Assembly (NCBI GenBank): GCA_965223005.1
Contig: CBDCVK010000010.1
Location: 512,001 to 576,000 of the forward strand
From: Terriglobia bacterium
GTDB taxonomy: Bacteria > Acidobacteriota > Terriglobia > JAJPHL01 > JAPKYU01
Direction: 5' to 3'
DNA: 64,000 bases
Positions 27,715-38,184 of the stretch are shown piece by piece (the first letter of the stretch is position 1; each line of letters starts with the position of its first letter). The notes under the pieces are model-generated. The model made no database searches, was not told the origin of the DNA, and saw nothing but the letters and a program-made list of their open reading frames with translations. The position numbers were made by a program, and so were the translations under genes.

Positions 27715-27784
27715 TGATTCCTGTCTGGTTTTAAGAAACACTGATCAACTGACGGATTTCTGTTAGGACTGAGGAGGTCCCCTA

Positions 27785-28756
27785 GTGGGTGAGGTTATTC
27801 TGCCGGCGGCGGTGCGCGTGCCGGGCTCCAGCGCCAACCTGGGGCCGGGGTTCGACGTGCTGGGCCTGGCACTGGAAATCTACCTGGAGGCGCGAGTCGA
27901 CCGGTCGACACCCGGCAAACCCCCGGTGCGGCTCGCCGGTCCCCACATCGAAGGAATCTCCACCGACGATTCCAACCTGGTGCTGACCGCTTTTCGCACT
28001 GCCTTCCAGCGCACGGGCAAGCAGGCCCCCTCAGTCTGCCTGGAACTGCGCAACGGGATTCCTCTGACACGAGGATTAGGCTCCAGCGGCGCGGCCGCCG
28101 TGGCGGGAGCCACGCTTGCCAACTACTGTGGCCGCCTGGGGTTGTCCCGAACCGACATGGTGGCGCTGGCCGCGGAACTGGAAGCCGGTCATGCGGACAA
28201 CGTGGCCGCCTCCTGCCTGGGTGGTTTGGCGGTGGCCTGCCGGGGTGGCAGCGCGGATGGCGGCGCCGCGGGGGGAATTCAGGTTCTGGCCTTGCCCTGG
28301 CCGCCGGAGATCGTACCGGTGCTGGCGATTCCGCAGTTACACCTCGAAACCCAGGAGGCGCGCAGCGCGCTGCCGAACTCCTACAGCCGCGCCGACGCCG
28401 TGTTCAACCTGCAGCGGGTAGCACTGCTGGTGGGGGCACTGGCTTCCGGGCGCGCGCCCGAGCTGGCCGACGACTCGGAACTGTTCGCCGCCGCGCTCGC
28501 CGACCGCCTGCACCAGCCCTACCGCGCCCCTCTCGTGCCGGGACTTCGCGAAGCGCTCGGGCTCCGTGTCCCCGGCCTGCTCGGCGTGGCTCTGAGCGGG
28601 GCAGGCCCTTCGCTGATTGCCTTCGTCCGGGGGGCGCCTCAGCCCACCGTGGCCGCTCTGGAGCAGCTTTACCGAGACCTCGGGCTCACAGCCGAGGTGC
28701 GGCCGGTGAAGGTAGACACCGAGGGCGCCGTCGTGATTGATTCATTGACGATTTGA
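27785..28756 (+). CDS. thrB: Homoserine kinase
   Basis: PGSSANLGPGFD, IPLTRGLGSSG, GHADNVA, DRLHQPYR, LSGAGPS. Confidence 0.95.
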   Translation: MGEVILPAAVRVPGSSANLGPGFDVLGLALEIYLEARVDRSTPGKPPVRLAGPHIEGISTDDSNLVLTAFRTAFQRTGKQAPSVCLELRNGIPLTRGLGSSGAAAVAGATLANYCGRLGLSRTDMVALAAELEAGHADNVAASCLGGLAVACRGGSADGGAAGGIQVLALPWPPEIVPVLAIPQLHLETQEARSALPNSYSRADAVFNLQRVALLVGALASGRAPELADDSELFAAALADRLHQPYRAPLVPGLREALGLRVPGLLGVALSGAGPSLIAFVRGAPQPTVAALEQLYRDLGLTAEVRPVKVDTEGAVVIDSLTI

Positions 28757-28860
28757 GCTTTGAATCATTGCGGTCCTGAGTCGGGTTGGATCCATCGTTA
28801 ATCCTTCCATCTTCAACGATTCAATTCCCCGCGAATCAGTTCTGTGCTTTCATAGGGTGA

Positions 28861-30171
28861 ATGAACGGTTATTTCCGCTGCGTGCGGGCGAGGTGCGGCG
28901 CCGATTTTTCCCTGAGCGAAAACATCCACACCTGTCCACGCTGTGGCGGCCTGTTGGACGTGCTGTTCGAATTTGACCGGGACGCCGCGCAGCAGTGGCC
29001 GGCGCTGTGGCAGAAGCGCCGGGCCTCGCTCCACAGCCTGGACGCCAGCGGCATCTGGCGCTTCCGCGAACTGATCCCCTTCCTGGACGACTACGGCGCG
29101 GTGGCCACACTCGGGGAGGGGAACACGCCGCTGCTGGAGTCGCCCAGAGCGGCGCGCTTTGCCGGGGCGGAGAACCTTCGCTTCAAGCACCAGGGCTTCA
29201 ACCCTACAGGCTCGTTCAAGGACAACGGGATGACCTGCGGGGTCGCCCGGGCGCGGGCGCTGGACATGGGCCTGGTGGGCTGCGTTTCGACCGGCAACAC
29301 CTCGGCTTCTATGGCCGCCTATGCGTCCCATGCAGGGCTGCGTCCGGTGGTCTTCGTTCCGCACGGCAAGATCGCAATGGGCAAACTGGCCCAGGCGCTA
29401 GAGTATGGCGCCGTCACCTTTCAGGTAGAAGCGAACTTCGACGGGATCCTGCGACTCATTTTGCAGATAGCCGACCAGGTGGGCCTCTACCTGCTCAACT
29501 CGGTGAACCCGTTTCGTTTGGAGGGCCAGAAGCTCATCATGGCTGAGCTGCTGGAGCAGTGCGGGTGGAAAGAGCCCGATTGGATCGTTCTGCCCGGCGG
29601 CAACCTGGGCAACGTCTCCGCTTTCGGCAAGGGGCTGCGGGAACTGTTGGACCTGGGCTTGATTCGCAGGCTGCCGCGGCTGGCGGTGGTGCAGGCCGAA
29701 GGGGCTGCTCCGCTGTATCGCATGCTGTCGGCAGGCGCGGAGCAACTCCAGCCGCTGGAGCACCCACAGTCGCTGGCGACCGCCATCCAGATCGGCGCGC
29801 CGGTCTCCTGGCCTAAGGCCGTCCGCGAATTACGGGCATCGGCGGGGATTTGCGAAATCGTTAGCGAGCAGGAGATCGCAGATGCCAAGGCGGCCATCGG
29901 GCGCGCCGGGATCGGCTGCGAGCCCGCCTCTGCCGCCAGCCTGGCCGGCGTCAAGAAACTGATTGCTTGCGGAAAAATCTCTTCCCACGAGAGCGTGGTG
30001 GCCGTGCTGACCGGCCACCTGCTGAAAGACCCCGACTACATCTTGCGCTATCACGCCGGGGAATTGGAGTGCGCCGGGCAGCTCTTGGAGAGTCGCTTCG
30101 CCAATCGACTCCGACAGGTCCCCGCTGACAGCGCCGAGCTAGAACGCGCCATCCTCTCTATAACGTCTTAG
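28861..30171 (+). CDS. thrC: Threonine synthase
   Basis: LGEGNTPL, NPTGSFKD (PLP Lys), STGNTSAS, PGGNLGN, EPASAA, LTGHLLKD. Confidence 0.95.
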   Translation: MNGYFRCVRARCGADFSLSENIHTCPRCGGLLDVLFEFDRDAAQQWPALWQKRRASLHSLDASGIWRFRELIPFLDDYGAVATLGEGNTPLLESPRAARFAGAENLRFKHQGFNPTGSFKDNGMTCGVARARALDMGLVGCVSTGNTSASMAAYASHAGLRPVVFVPHGKIAMGKLAQALEYGAVTFQVEANFDGILRLILQIADQVGLYLLNSVNPFRLEGQKLIMAELLEQCGWKEPDWIVLPGGNLGNVSAFGKGLRELLDLGLIRRLPRLAVVQAEGAAPLYRMLSAGAEQLQPLEHPQSLATAIQIGAPVSWPKAVRELRASAGICEIVSEQEIADAKAAIGRAGIGCEPASAASLAGVKKLIACGKISSHESVVAVLTGHLLKDPDYILRYHAGELECAGQLLESRFANRLRQVPADSAELERAILSITS

Positions 30172-30379
30172 AACTCAGAAGCAGTCGCAAATCTGTGTAG
30201 TCGGGATTTGGTCGGTGCCGACCAAAAGAAAGTCCCGTGACTTCCGGTTCCGTCGGTAAAACATTCTGCTTGCATTCTGTTCGACTCCGTTCCATTCTAG
30301 CGTGGGGCCTACCTAGACGAGGAACGGAAGGCCCAAGGATGGGCACCAGCGGCCATCTCCGGAGCGTCTCATAATTGAG

Positions 30380-31405
30380 ATGGCAATCCTGACTGTATCT
30401 CGACAGTTCGGCAGCCGCGGGGATGACATTGCCCGGGAGCTGGCGCGGCGCACCGGATTCCGGCTCCTCACCCGAGAAATTGTCGAGCAGCAGATGCGCG
30501 AGCTGTGCGGCGTGGAACCGCCAGCCCTAGCCACCGAAAGTGAAGAACCGGACGTCAACGGGAGTCCTAATGGGCGTCCGGCCGCAGAAGTGACCCTCTA
30601 CGCCGACCTGGTGACCACCGTGGTGGCGGACCTGGCAACGGTTGAGGATTTTGTCTTGGTGGAACTGGGCGGCCAGTGCCTGTTCCACGAGGCGTCCTGC
30701 GCAGCGCACCTGCGCGTGGTGGCGCCGCGCTCCTGGCGCGCTGCGACGGTGGCCGCTGAGCTGGCACTGGCTCCGCCCGCCGCTGCGCAACTGGTGGCTC
30801 GCCAGGACGTCGCCCAGGCGCGGTATCTTCGGATGGTTTTCAGGCGTAGCGCGGAGCGAGCGGATCTCTACCATCTGGTCCTGAACACCGCGGCGCTGGA
30901 TCAGGATCACGCCATGGACCTGGCGATGTCTGCCGTGGATTCCATTCGGTTGCGCAGCGCGGGCCGGCTTTCGGCCGAGGCCGGCGAGCGCATGAAGGTG
31001 CAAAGCAAGATGCGCCTGGCCCGGCACTTTGCCGACCTGCCCGGCTCGGCCCTGCTCGAACGCGTCTCCTTTGCCCACCCCAGCGAGCGCGTCTTCGCCC
31101 GCCTGATGGACTTTTATCGCATCGAGTGGGAGTACGAGCCGCGCACCTTCCCCATCGAGTGGAACGAGCAGGGCGTCGTGGTGGAAGCCTTCACGCCCGA
31201 CTTCCACCTACCCGAACTGGGCTTGTACGTGGAATTGACCACCATGAAGCAATCCCTGGTCACCCGCAAGAACCGCAAGGTCAAGCGGCTGCGTGAGCTG
31301 CATCCGGAGGTCAACATCCGCATCTTCTACCAGAAGGACGTCGAAGACTTGATCTTCAAGCTGGGAGCGCAGTACCAGCGCGAAGAGTTAAGCGTAGGGA
31401 GTTGA
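30380..31405 (+). CDS. Cytidylate-kinase-like P-loop domain fused to a PD-(D/E)xK-like domain
   Basis: N-terminal ILTVSRQFGSRG (Cytidylate_kin2-like). C-terminal SE...WEYEP...FTPDF...YVELTT. Confidence 0.75.
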   Translation: MAILTVSRQFGSRGDDIARELARRTGFRLLTREIVEQQMRELCGVEPPALATESEEPDVNGSPNGRPAAEVTLYADLVTTVVADLATVEDFVLVELGGQCLFHEASCAAHLRVVAPRSWRAATVAAELALAPPAAAQLVARQDVAQARYLRMVFRRSAERADLYHLVLNTAALDQDHAMDLAMSAVDSIRLRSAGRLSAEAGERMKVQSKMRLARHFADLPGSALLERVSFAHPSERVFARLMDFYRIEWEYEPRTFPIEWNEQGVVVEAFTPDFHLPELGLYVELTTMKQSLVTRKNRKVKRLRELHPEVNIRIFYQKDVEDLIFKLGAQYQREELSVGS

Positions 31406-31492
31406 CAATCGCGTCCTGGCGAGTGATGGCGCGTGCCGGGTGGTCTTGGCTTTTAACTTCTCACCCTTCATTCTAAACTGTCCACTCATCCC

Positions 31493-32029
31493 ATGCATGC
31501 GGACGTGGAACGCATCCTGTTTCCCGAAGAAGAAATTCGTCGGCGCGTGGCCGAGGTGGCCGGTGAAATCTCCGCCGACTATGCCGACAAGGAGCTGACG
31601 CTGATCACCGTGCTTCGCGGCGCGCTGTTCTTCGGCGCCGACTTGGCTCGCGCCCTGCGGCCGCCTGTGCGCATGGATTTCCTGGCTGTCTCTCCTTTTC
31701 CACGCGCCGCCGACTCGGGTGTGGTCCGGATTGTCAAGGACCTGGACGAAAGCATTTCCGGAGAAGACGTCCTGCTGGTGGAGGATATCGTGGACACCGG
31801 TCTGACCCTGCGCTACCTGCTCAAGACCCTGGCAGCGCGCCAGCCCAACAGCCTGGCCGTCTGCACCCTGCTGGACAAGACGCCCCGCCGGCTGGTCGAG
31901 GTGCCGGTGCGCTACCGCTGCTTCGAAATCCCCGACCGCTTCGTAGTAGGCTACGGGCTGGACTACCAGCAGCGCTATCGCAACCTGCCCTACGTGGGGG
32001 TGCTCAAGGCGGAGGTGTTCCGCAGCTGA
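31493..32029 (+). CDS. hpt: Hypoxanthine phosphoribosyltransferase
   Basis: PRPP motif VLLVEDIVDTGLT, LLDK, FVVGYGLDY, YRNLPY. Confidence 0.95.
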   Translation: MHADVERILFPEEEIRRRVAEVAGEISADYADKELTLITVLRGALFFGADLARALRPPVRMDFLAVSPFPRAADSGVVRIVKDLDESISGEDVLLVEDIVDTGLTLRYLLKTLAARQPNSLAVCTLLDKTPRRLVEVPVRYRCFEIPDRFVVGYGLDYQQRYRNLPYVGVLKAEVFRS

Positions 32030-32067
32030 GCGTTCTACGGCATTTTGGCTTGCGAGCGTAGCGCCGG

Positions 32068-33402
32068 TCAGAATTTTGTGACTTCGGTGAAGTGGAAGTC
32101 GCGGACCTTCATCGGGGGCACCACCATCTCGAAAGACTCTTCGCCGGCGGCGCGCTCGGCAACTCCAAGCACTTCCACATTGTTGAGCATCTCCACTAGG
32201 CTTTGGTTGAAACGGAAGTTGAAGATACCACGGCGCACCTTCCCTTCTTCCACCAGGAAAGTGCCGTCCCGGGTCATTCCGGTCAGAATCTTCTGGTACG
32301 GGTCCACTTCACGAATGTACCAGAGGCGGGTGACCAGAATACCGCGCTCGGTCGAGGCGATCATGCTGTCCAGCGAGGCGCTGCCGCCGGCGAACACGAT
32401 GTTCATGGGAGCCTCGCCGACCTCGTTGGGAAGGGGAAACCCGTGCCCGGTGGGCTGAGTCTTCATGAGGTGGGCGGTCTGCCGGGAATAGACCAGGTTG
32501 GCGGCCACGCCACGTTCCACCAGCACCACCGGCTTGCGGCATGTCCCTTCGCCATCAAACGGGGCGCCGGATTGCAGCGGGTGGTAGGCATCATCCACTA
32601 CGGTGATGTTCTCGCCAAACAGCTTGGTTCCCAGGCGGCCAGTCAGGAAGCTGCGCTTGTCATACACCGAGCGTCCCGAAAAATCGTAGAACAGGAAGCC
32701 GACCAGGTCCAGCACGGCGGAAGGCTCCAGCAAGACAGTGTAACGGCCGGAAGGAATCTCTGCCGGATCAGCACTGAGCGCGGCCTTGGTGGAGGCGCGC
32801 AGAGCCAGTTCCTCGACCGGGATGCCCCGCACGTCCGGTGCATTGGCTTTGGCCCAGCCCGAGCTGTTTTCCGCCAGCATGGTCACGGAGAACTCCGCGT
32901 CGGTTTCCCTGTGGTAGGCGAACAGGCCGCGGGAATTCAGCATGGCCAGCATATCGGTGCCGCTGGAGAGGATTCCGGCCGCGGTCTGGCCGTGCTGCTG
33001 GGCCACCTGGACCACCTGGCGGACGCCGGTGGCGCGCGCCTCCGGCGTCATGGCGGCAGTGGCTTCAAAATAGCGCTCCACACCGGGACAGTTCTCCGGG
33101 CCGGGCAGGGACGGCAGCTCGGGGTCGGGTTGCTGTTGACGGGCAACGGAAGCCGAAGCGGTCACCACCCGGTGAATGGAATCGTCGTCGAACTTGTTGG
33201 TGGTGGCGCGCGCCGTCCGGCCGCCATAGACGGTGCGCACCGAAAGCACGTAGCCCTCTTCCGCTACATTCTGGTGAATGCTGTTATTGGCAAAGCGGGT
33301 CAGTTCGTGAACGCCGCCCTCGATCAGCGCTTCGGTTTCGTCGGCATCGCTGAACTTTCGGACCTTCTCGAAAATTTCCTGGCAGCGTTCAGGTTCTAGC
33401 AC
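32068..33402 (-). CDS. tldE: TldE/PmbA family protein
   Basis: TRFANNSIHQN, PFDGEG, LTGMTRDG. No HExxH. Confidence 0.85.
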   Translation of the reverse strand: MLEPERCQEIFEKVRKFSDADETEALIEGGVHELTRFANNSIHQNVAEEGYVLSVRTVYGGRTARATTNKFDDDSIHRVVTASASVARQQQPDPELPSLPGPENCPGVERYFEATAAMTPEARATGVRQVVQVAQQHGQTAAGILSSGTDMLAMLNSRGLFAYHRETDAEFSVTMLAENSSGWAKANAPDVRGIPVEELALRASTKAALSADPAEIPSGRYTVLLEPSAVLDLVGFLFYDFSGRSVYDKRSFLTGRLGTKLFGENITVVDDAYHPLQSGAPFDGEGTCRKPVVLVERGVAANLVYSRQTAHLMKTQPTGHGFPLPNEVGEAPMNIVFAGGSASLDSMIASTERGILVTRLWYIREVDPYQKILTGMTRDGTFLVEEGKVRRGIFNFRFNQSLVEMLNNVEVLGVAERAAGEESFEMVVPPMKVRDFHFTEVTKF

Positions 33403-33451
33403 GAGCTTGGTCCTAATCTTCCGGAGTCAGAAAAACTAAATCGAAAAAAAC

Positions 33452-33478
33452 ATCCGCAGATTACGCAGATTTCGCAGA
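33452..33478 (-). repeat. Dispersed intergenic ATCTGCGTA-type repeat, copy 2
   Basis: Reverse complement TCTGCGAAATCTGCGTAATCTGCGGAT. Confidence 0.7.
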
Positions 33479-33564
33479 ACTAAGATCTTTCCATTCCGTG
33501 AAAACTCAGTGGAGCCGCGAAACTTTGTGGATACGTTCGAAATGCGGAATCCCGAAATCCGCAC

Positions 33565-35022
33565 TCAGCCAGAATAGGCTACGCCCACCTTCACGCCACG
33601 GAAGCGGGCCGGGGATGCGCCGTGGCCTGTCCCCATCGCCTGCGACGGCTGGCCCTTACCGCAGTTGGGGGTGCCCCACAACACCCAGTGGTCGCGGTTG
33701 GCAATGGCGTCACAAGAGTTCCAGAACTCGGTGGTGATCCCGCTGTAGCTGGGGTTCTTCACCATCCGGGTCTTCTTGCCGTTCTTGATTTCCCAGCCCA
33801 CCTCGCAACCGAATTGGAAGTGGTAGCGCTTGTCATCAATGGACCAACTCCGGTTGGTTTCCATGTAGATGCCGTTGTCGGTGGAGGCCACGAGGTCTTC
33901 CTGGCTACGGTCTCCGGGCAGCAGGCTGACGTTGGTCATGCGGATCAGCGGGATGCGGTTCCAGCTCTCCGCCCGCATGGTTCCGTTGGAACGCGGCAAG
34001 CCGAGGGCCGGAGCCGTCTCCCGAGAGGTGAGGTAGCCTGTGAACTGCCCATTGCGAACGATGTCGGTCGATTGCGCGGGGACCCCCTCGTCGTCGAACG
34101 CAAACGTGCCCAGCCCGGGGCCATGTTCCGGGCGGGCGTCGGCAACCACGTTGACGATTTCCGAGCCATACTGCAGGCGGCCAAGTTGGTCCAGCGTGAG
34201 GAAGCTGCCGCCGGCGAAATTCGCTTCGGTCCCCAGCACCCGGTCCAATTCGATGGGATGGCCGATGGATTCGTGGATTTGCAACGCCAGTTGTGAGCTA
34301 TCCAGGACCAGGTCTCGCACGCCTTCCGGGCACTGGTGGGCGTGATGCAAAGCCACCGCTTCCTCGGCGATTCGTGGCGCATTCTCCACCAGCCGCAGTT
34401 CTTCAATGAGGTCGTAGCCCCGGAGCTGGTACTGCCCGCCGAAGGAGCTGGGATAGGAGCGCTTCTGGATCTCATTTCCGGAAAAGGCAAAGGCGGCGAA
34501 TCCGCCGCCGGTCACATAGCGAGTCTGGTGAATCACCGAACCCAGCGTGCTCAGGAAGAGCTGCTCCTGGCGCCGGAAATCCAGCGCAGCTTCTGCCAGC
34601 GTGACCCCGGTCACGCGGCGCAGTTCCCTGTCCACTTCGAGCAACAGGGCGATGTTCTCATCAATGCCGGTGGCAAATGGATCCTTACCGACAGGGGACT
34701 CCCAGGCGGCCTCAATCTTTTCTTCGGGGGCCAACACCACATCGCGCTGCTTGACCAGGGCGGAAGCGTGTGCAATGGCCACGGCTTTCGAGGCGGTCTC
34801 TTCGACCCTCGCGCGCGTGAGCGTGTCGGTGGAAGCAAACCCCCAGGCGCCTCCGGCTAGCACCCGGACGCCCAGCCCCAGCGTTTCGCTGACAGCGGCC
34901 TGGCCTACCTTGCCGTTCTTGGTGGAAACAAAGCGCTCCCGCGTCTCTACGACCCGGACGTCCGCATAGCTGGCGCCCAACACTTCGGCGCGATTGAGCG
35001 CCCAAGAGCCCACGTCCCGCAT
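33565..35022 (-). CDS. tldD: TldD family metalloprotease
   Basis: HESIGHPIELD, FDDEG, RMTN, CGKGQP. Confidence 0.92.
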   Translation of the reverse strand: MRDVGSWALNRAEVLGASYADVRVVETRERFVSTKNGKVGQAAVSETLGLGVRVLAGGAWGFASTDTLTRARVEETASKAVAIAHASALVKQRDVVLAPEEKIEAAWESPVGKDPFATGIDENIALLLEVDRELRRVTGVTLAEAALDFRRQEQLFLSTLGSVIHQTRYVTGGGFAAFAFSGNEIQKRSYPSSFGGQYQLRGYDLIEELRLVENAPRIAEEAVALHHAHQCPEGVRDLVLDSSQLALQIHESIGHPIELDRVLGTEANFAGGSFLTLDQLGRLQYGSEIVNVVADARPEHGPGLGTFAFDDEGVPAQSTDIVRNGQFTGYLTSRETAPALGLPRSNGTMRAESWNRIPLIRMTNVSLLPGDRSQEDLVASTDNGIYMETNRSWSIDDKRYHFQFGCEVGWEIKNGKKTRMVKNPSYSGITTEFWNSCDAIANRDHWVLWGTPNCGKGQPSQAMGTGHGASPARFRGVKVGVAYSG

Positions 35023-35034
35023 TTCTATTTAGGA

Positions 35035-36309
35035 TCAGGTCCCTTCTGACCAGGAAGCCAGATAGGCCTCCTGTTCTGGAGTTAAGCGGTCAATTTTCAA
35101 GCCCATGGAATCCAGCTTCAGCCGGGCCACGTTCTTGTCAATTGCCTCGGGCGCCGGGTACACCTTGTTCTCCAGTTGCCCGGCGCTCTTCACCAAGTAT
35201 TCGACCGACAAGGCCTGATTGGCAAAGCTCATGTCCATCACCGCTGCCGGATGGCCCTCGGCGGCGGACAGGTTAATCAGGCGGCCCTCGGCCAGTAGGT
35301 AGATCTTCCGGCCGTCTCGCATGGAATATTCGTCCACAAACTCGCGGGCGGGACGCTTGCCAGAGGCCATCTTTTCCAGCGCGGGAATGTCAATCTCGAC
35401 GTTAAAGTGGCCGGAGTTGGCCAGCACCGCCCCGTTCTTCATATGTTCAAAGTGTTCGCGGCCAATGACGTTCTTATTGCCGGTCACAGTGACGAAAATG
35501 TCGCCAAGGCGGGCAGCTTCAGCCATGGACATGACGCGGTAGCCATCCATGACGGCTTCGAGGGCACGGGTGGGATCGACCTCGGTGACAATAACCTCGG
35601 CGCCCAAGCCGCGTGCGCGCGAGGCCAGCCCGCGACCGCACCAACCGTACCCGCCCACCACGACCTTGAGACCGGCCAGCAACAGGTTGGTCGCGCGCAG
35701 GATGCCGTCAATGGTGGACTGGCCGGTTCCGTAGCGGTTGTCGAACAGGTGCTTGGTGTAGGCATCGTTCACCGAGATCACCGGGTAGGGCAGTACGCCC
35801 TCGCGGGCCATTGCGCGCAGGCGAATGACGCCGGTGGTGGTTTCCTCGGTCCCCCCGATGGTCTCGGCCAGCGCCTCGCGGCGCTTCGTCACACCGGTGG
35901 TGATCAGGTCGGCCCCGTCGTCTACGGTGACCTGCGGCCGATGGTCCAGGGCCGCATCGACATGCGAGTAGTAGGTTTTGTCGTCCTCACCCTTGATGGC
36001 GAATACCGGGATGCTGTAGTCGCGCACCAGCGCGGCCGCCACGTCGTCCTGGGTGCTGAGCGGGTTGGAGGCGCACAAGACCACCTGGGCACCGCCGTCC
36101 CGCAGGGTAATCGCCAGATTGGCCGTCTCGGTGGTGATGTGGAGGCAGCCGGAAATCCGAATGCCCTTTAAAGGCTGGGCTTTGATGAACTGCTTGCGGA
36201 TCAACTGGAGCGCGGGCATGGACTGATTGGCCCAATCGATGCGCCGCTTGCCTGACTCGGCCAGGCCGGGATCCTGAATATCACACGTCATCTTGGGAAC
36301 AGTGGACAT
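35035..36309 (-). CDS. ahcY: Adenosylhomocysteinase
   Basis: [44 protein letters not shown]. Confidence 0.97.
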   Translation of the reverse strand: MSTVPKMTCDIQDPGLAESGKRRIDWANQSMPALQLIRKQFIKAQPLKGIRISGCLHITTETANLAITLRDGGAQVVLCASNPLSTQDDVAAALVRDYSIPVFAIKGEDDKTYYSHVDAALDHRPQVTVDDGADLITTGVTKRREALAETIGGTEETTTGVIRLRAMAREGVLPYPVISVNDAYTKHLFDNRYGTGQSTIDGILRATNLLLAGLKVVVGGYGWCGRGLASRARGLGAEVIVTEVDPTRALEAVMDGYRVMSMAEAARLGDIFVTVTGNKNVIGREHFEHMKNGAVLANSGHFNVEIDIPALEKMASGKRPAREFVDEYSMRDGRKIYLLAEGRLINLSAAEGHPAAVMDMSFANQALSVEYLVKSAGQLENKVYPAPEAIDKNVARLKLDSMGLKIDRLTPEQEAYLASWSEGT

Positions 36310-36327
36310 AGTGGGTCTCGAGTTTCC

Positions 36328-37503
36328 TCAGTGGGCTTGGGCTGTCGCGGGAACCCCAGCGGCGCTGCGCAAGACCGCCGCCTTGTCGGTGCGCTCCCAG
36401 GTGAACTCCGGCTCGGTACGGCCGAAGTGCCCGTAGGCCGCGGTCTTCCGGTAAATCGGGCGCCGGAGCTGCAAGTGGTCAATAATTCGCAGGGGGGTCA
36501 GAGAGAAAGTGTCGCGGACCAGTTCGACCAGCCGGTCCTCAGGCATGGCTCCCGTCTCGAACGTGTTCACCATCACTGAGACCGGCTCAGCCACTCCAAT
36601 GGCATACGCCAGCTGAACCTCCGCCCGGCGGGCAAGTTCGGCTGCCACCAGATTCTTGGCAATGTATCGGGCCATATAGGTGGCGGACCGATCCACCTTG
36701 GAGGGGTCCTTGCCGGAAAACGCCCCGCCGCCGTGGCGGCCAACACCTCCATAGGTATCAACGATGATCTTTCGTCCGGTCAGGCCGGTGTCGCCGTGCG
36801 GGCCGCCGCACACGAAGCGCCCGGTCGGGTTGACGTGGAACTTGACTCTACGGTCGCTCAAGTGGGAGGGGAGAACTGGCTTGATGACCTGTTCCAGGAT
36901 GTCCTGGCGGAGTTGTTCCATCGGAACCTGTTCGGCGTGCTGCGCCGAGATCACGACCGTATCCACCCGCACCGGCTGGTCCCCTTCATACTCGACCGTT
37001 ACCTGTGACTTGCCATCCGGGCGCAGGTACTCCAGGAGGCCTTCCTTGCGGCACTGGGTCAGACGACGGGTGAGCTTGTGCGCCAGCAAGATGGGCAGCG
37101 GCATCAACTCCTCGCTCTCGTCCGAGGCGTAGCCAATCATCATCCCCTGGTCGCCCGCTCCCCCTGGATCTACACCCATGGCAATGTCGGGAGACTGCTC
37201 GTGAATGGCGGTTAGCACGGAGCAGCTTTCATAATCCAGCCCGTACCGGGCATCCGTATAGCCCAGCTCCTTGATCGTGTTGCGAACGACCGTGGGATAG
37301 TCCACGACCGCCCTGGTGGTGATTTCCCCTGCAACCAAGGCCAGCCCGGTGGTCAGCAGGCATTCGCAGGCCACCCGTCCGGTGGGATCTTTGGCCAGGA
37401 CCGCATCCAGGACGGCATCGGAAACCTGGTCGGCGATCTTGTCCGGGTGCCCCTCGGTAACCGACTCGGAAGTAACCAGATAGTGAAGACGCGACTTGGC
37501 CAA
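36328..37503 (-). CDS. metK: S-adenosylmethionine synthetase
   Basis: [42 protein letters not shown] start after AAAGGAGG. Confidence 0.97.
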   Translation of the reverse strand: MAKSRLHYLVTSESVTEGHPDKIADQVSDAVLDAVLAKDPTGRVACECLLTTGLALVAGEITTRAVVDYPTVVRNTIKELGYTDARYGLDYESCSVLTAIHEQSPDIAMGVDPGGAGDQGMMIGYASDESEELMPLPILLAHKLTRRLTQCRKEGLLEYLRPDGKSQVTVEYEGDQPVRVDTVVISAQHAEQVPMEQLRQDILEQVIKPVLPSHLSDRRVKFHVNPTGRFVCGGPHGDTGLTGRKIIVDTYGGVGRHGGGAFSGKDPSKVDRSATYMARYIAKNLVAAELARRAEVQLAYAIGVAEPVSVMVNTFETGAMPEDRLVELVRDTFSLTPLRIIDHLQLRRPIYRKTAAYGHFGRTEPEFTWERTDKAAVLRSAAGVPATAQAH

Positions 37504-37574
37504 TGAAGATGCCTCCTTTGCTCAACCTTACATTCTAAACCAGCAGGGGAGAATCACGACAGGCACCTAGCCTT

Positions 37575-37795
37575 GCCGGTGGCCAGGCGCCGGTGGCCAG
37601 GCAAGGCGTCAACCTAGCAGAGCTTTCGCGGAACTGTCAAACAATTTTCCCCCGGCGGCTCGCGCGCTTCGCTTCAACTGCTTGTCATTGCTTCACCGAA
37701 GGCCATTTGCTGGCTTCACTGAAGGCCGCTTGCGGATGTCCGTAGCCTTGTAGTTTGAAAAGCTTACCGAGCGTAATTTGAAAAGCCTACCGAGC
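37575..37795. repeat. Three unrelated tandem duplications (14, 23 and 23 bp)
   Basis: GCCGGTGGCCAGGC x2 (37575-37602); GCTTCACYGAAGGCC... x2 (37690-37735); GTARTTTGAAAAGCYTACCGAGC x2 (37750-37795). Confidence 0.9.
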
Positions 37796-37923
37796 TGCCA
37801 TCGTCATGGAGCATTCAAGCCAGAGGTCTTCCCAGCCACCTGCCACAAGCAGAACTGCACGCAACTATTGGTGACCTCGGCCCGTCTAACGTGGGCAGGA
37901 CACTTTCAAGGGAGGGTAGCATC

Positions 37924-38184
37924 ATGGCGACTGCTCTTAAGGCGTTGAAAGAGAAGCTGATACGGACGAAGGTCTATTGCACTCTATGCACCCGAACCGT
38001 GGAGGCCCGTGTTGGTTTGACTACCAGCGTGGTGGGCAGGCGGCGTCTGGCTGTGTCTCCCGGGCAGAAGTGCCCACGGTGTGAGGCTCCGCTGGATGCG
38101 GCGTTCGTCCTCAACAAACTCCCATTCGTTGCGGCAGTCTGGTCCTCCCAACCCACCTTGGCCAGCAGTTCGCCGCGCCCGTAG
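37924..38184 (+). CDS. Small zinc-ribbon protein
   Basis: RBS GGGAGG, ATG 37924, CTLC...CPRC. Confidence 0.65.
   Translation: MATALKALKEKLIRTKVYCTLCTRTVEARVGLTTSVVGRRRLAVSPGQKCPRCEAPLDAAFVLNKLPFVAAVWSSQPTLASSSPRP

Noticed and set aside
27656-27784. Thr attenuator or T-box upstream of thrB
   Set aside because: No Thr/Ile-rich leader peptide or T-box motif seen.
30300-30379. Purine-related riboswitch upstream of the kinase-like gene and hpt
   Set aside because: Two small hairpins are present, but I could not match a purine, PRPP/ykkC or ZTP aptamer consensus.
37504-37700. SAM or SAH riboswitch upstream of metK-ahcY
   Set aside because: No SAM-I core (AUC...GAGGGA..GGCCC...GAU) or other recognisable aptamer on the minus strand.
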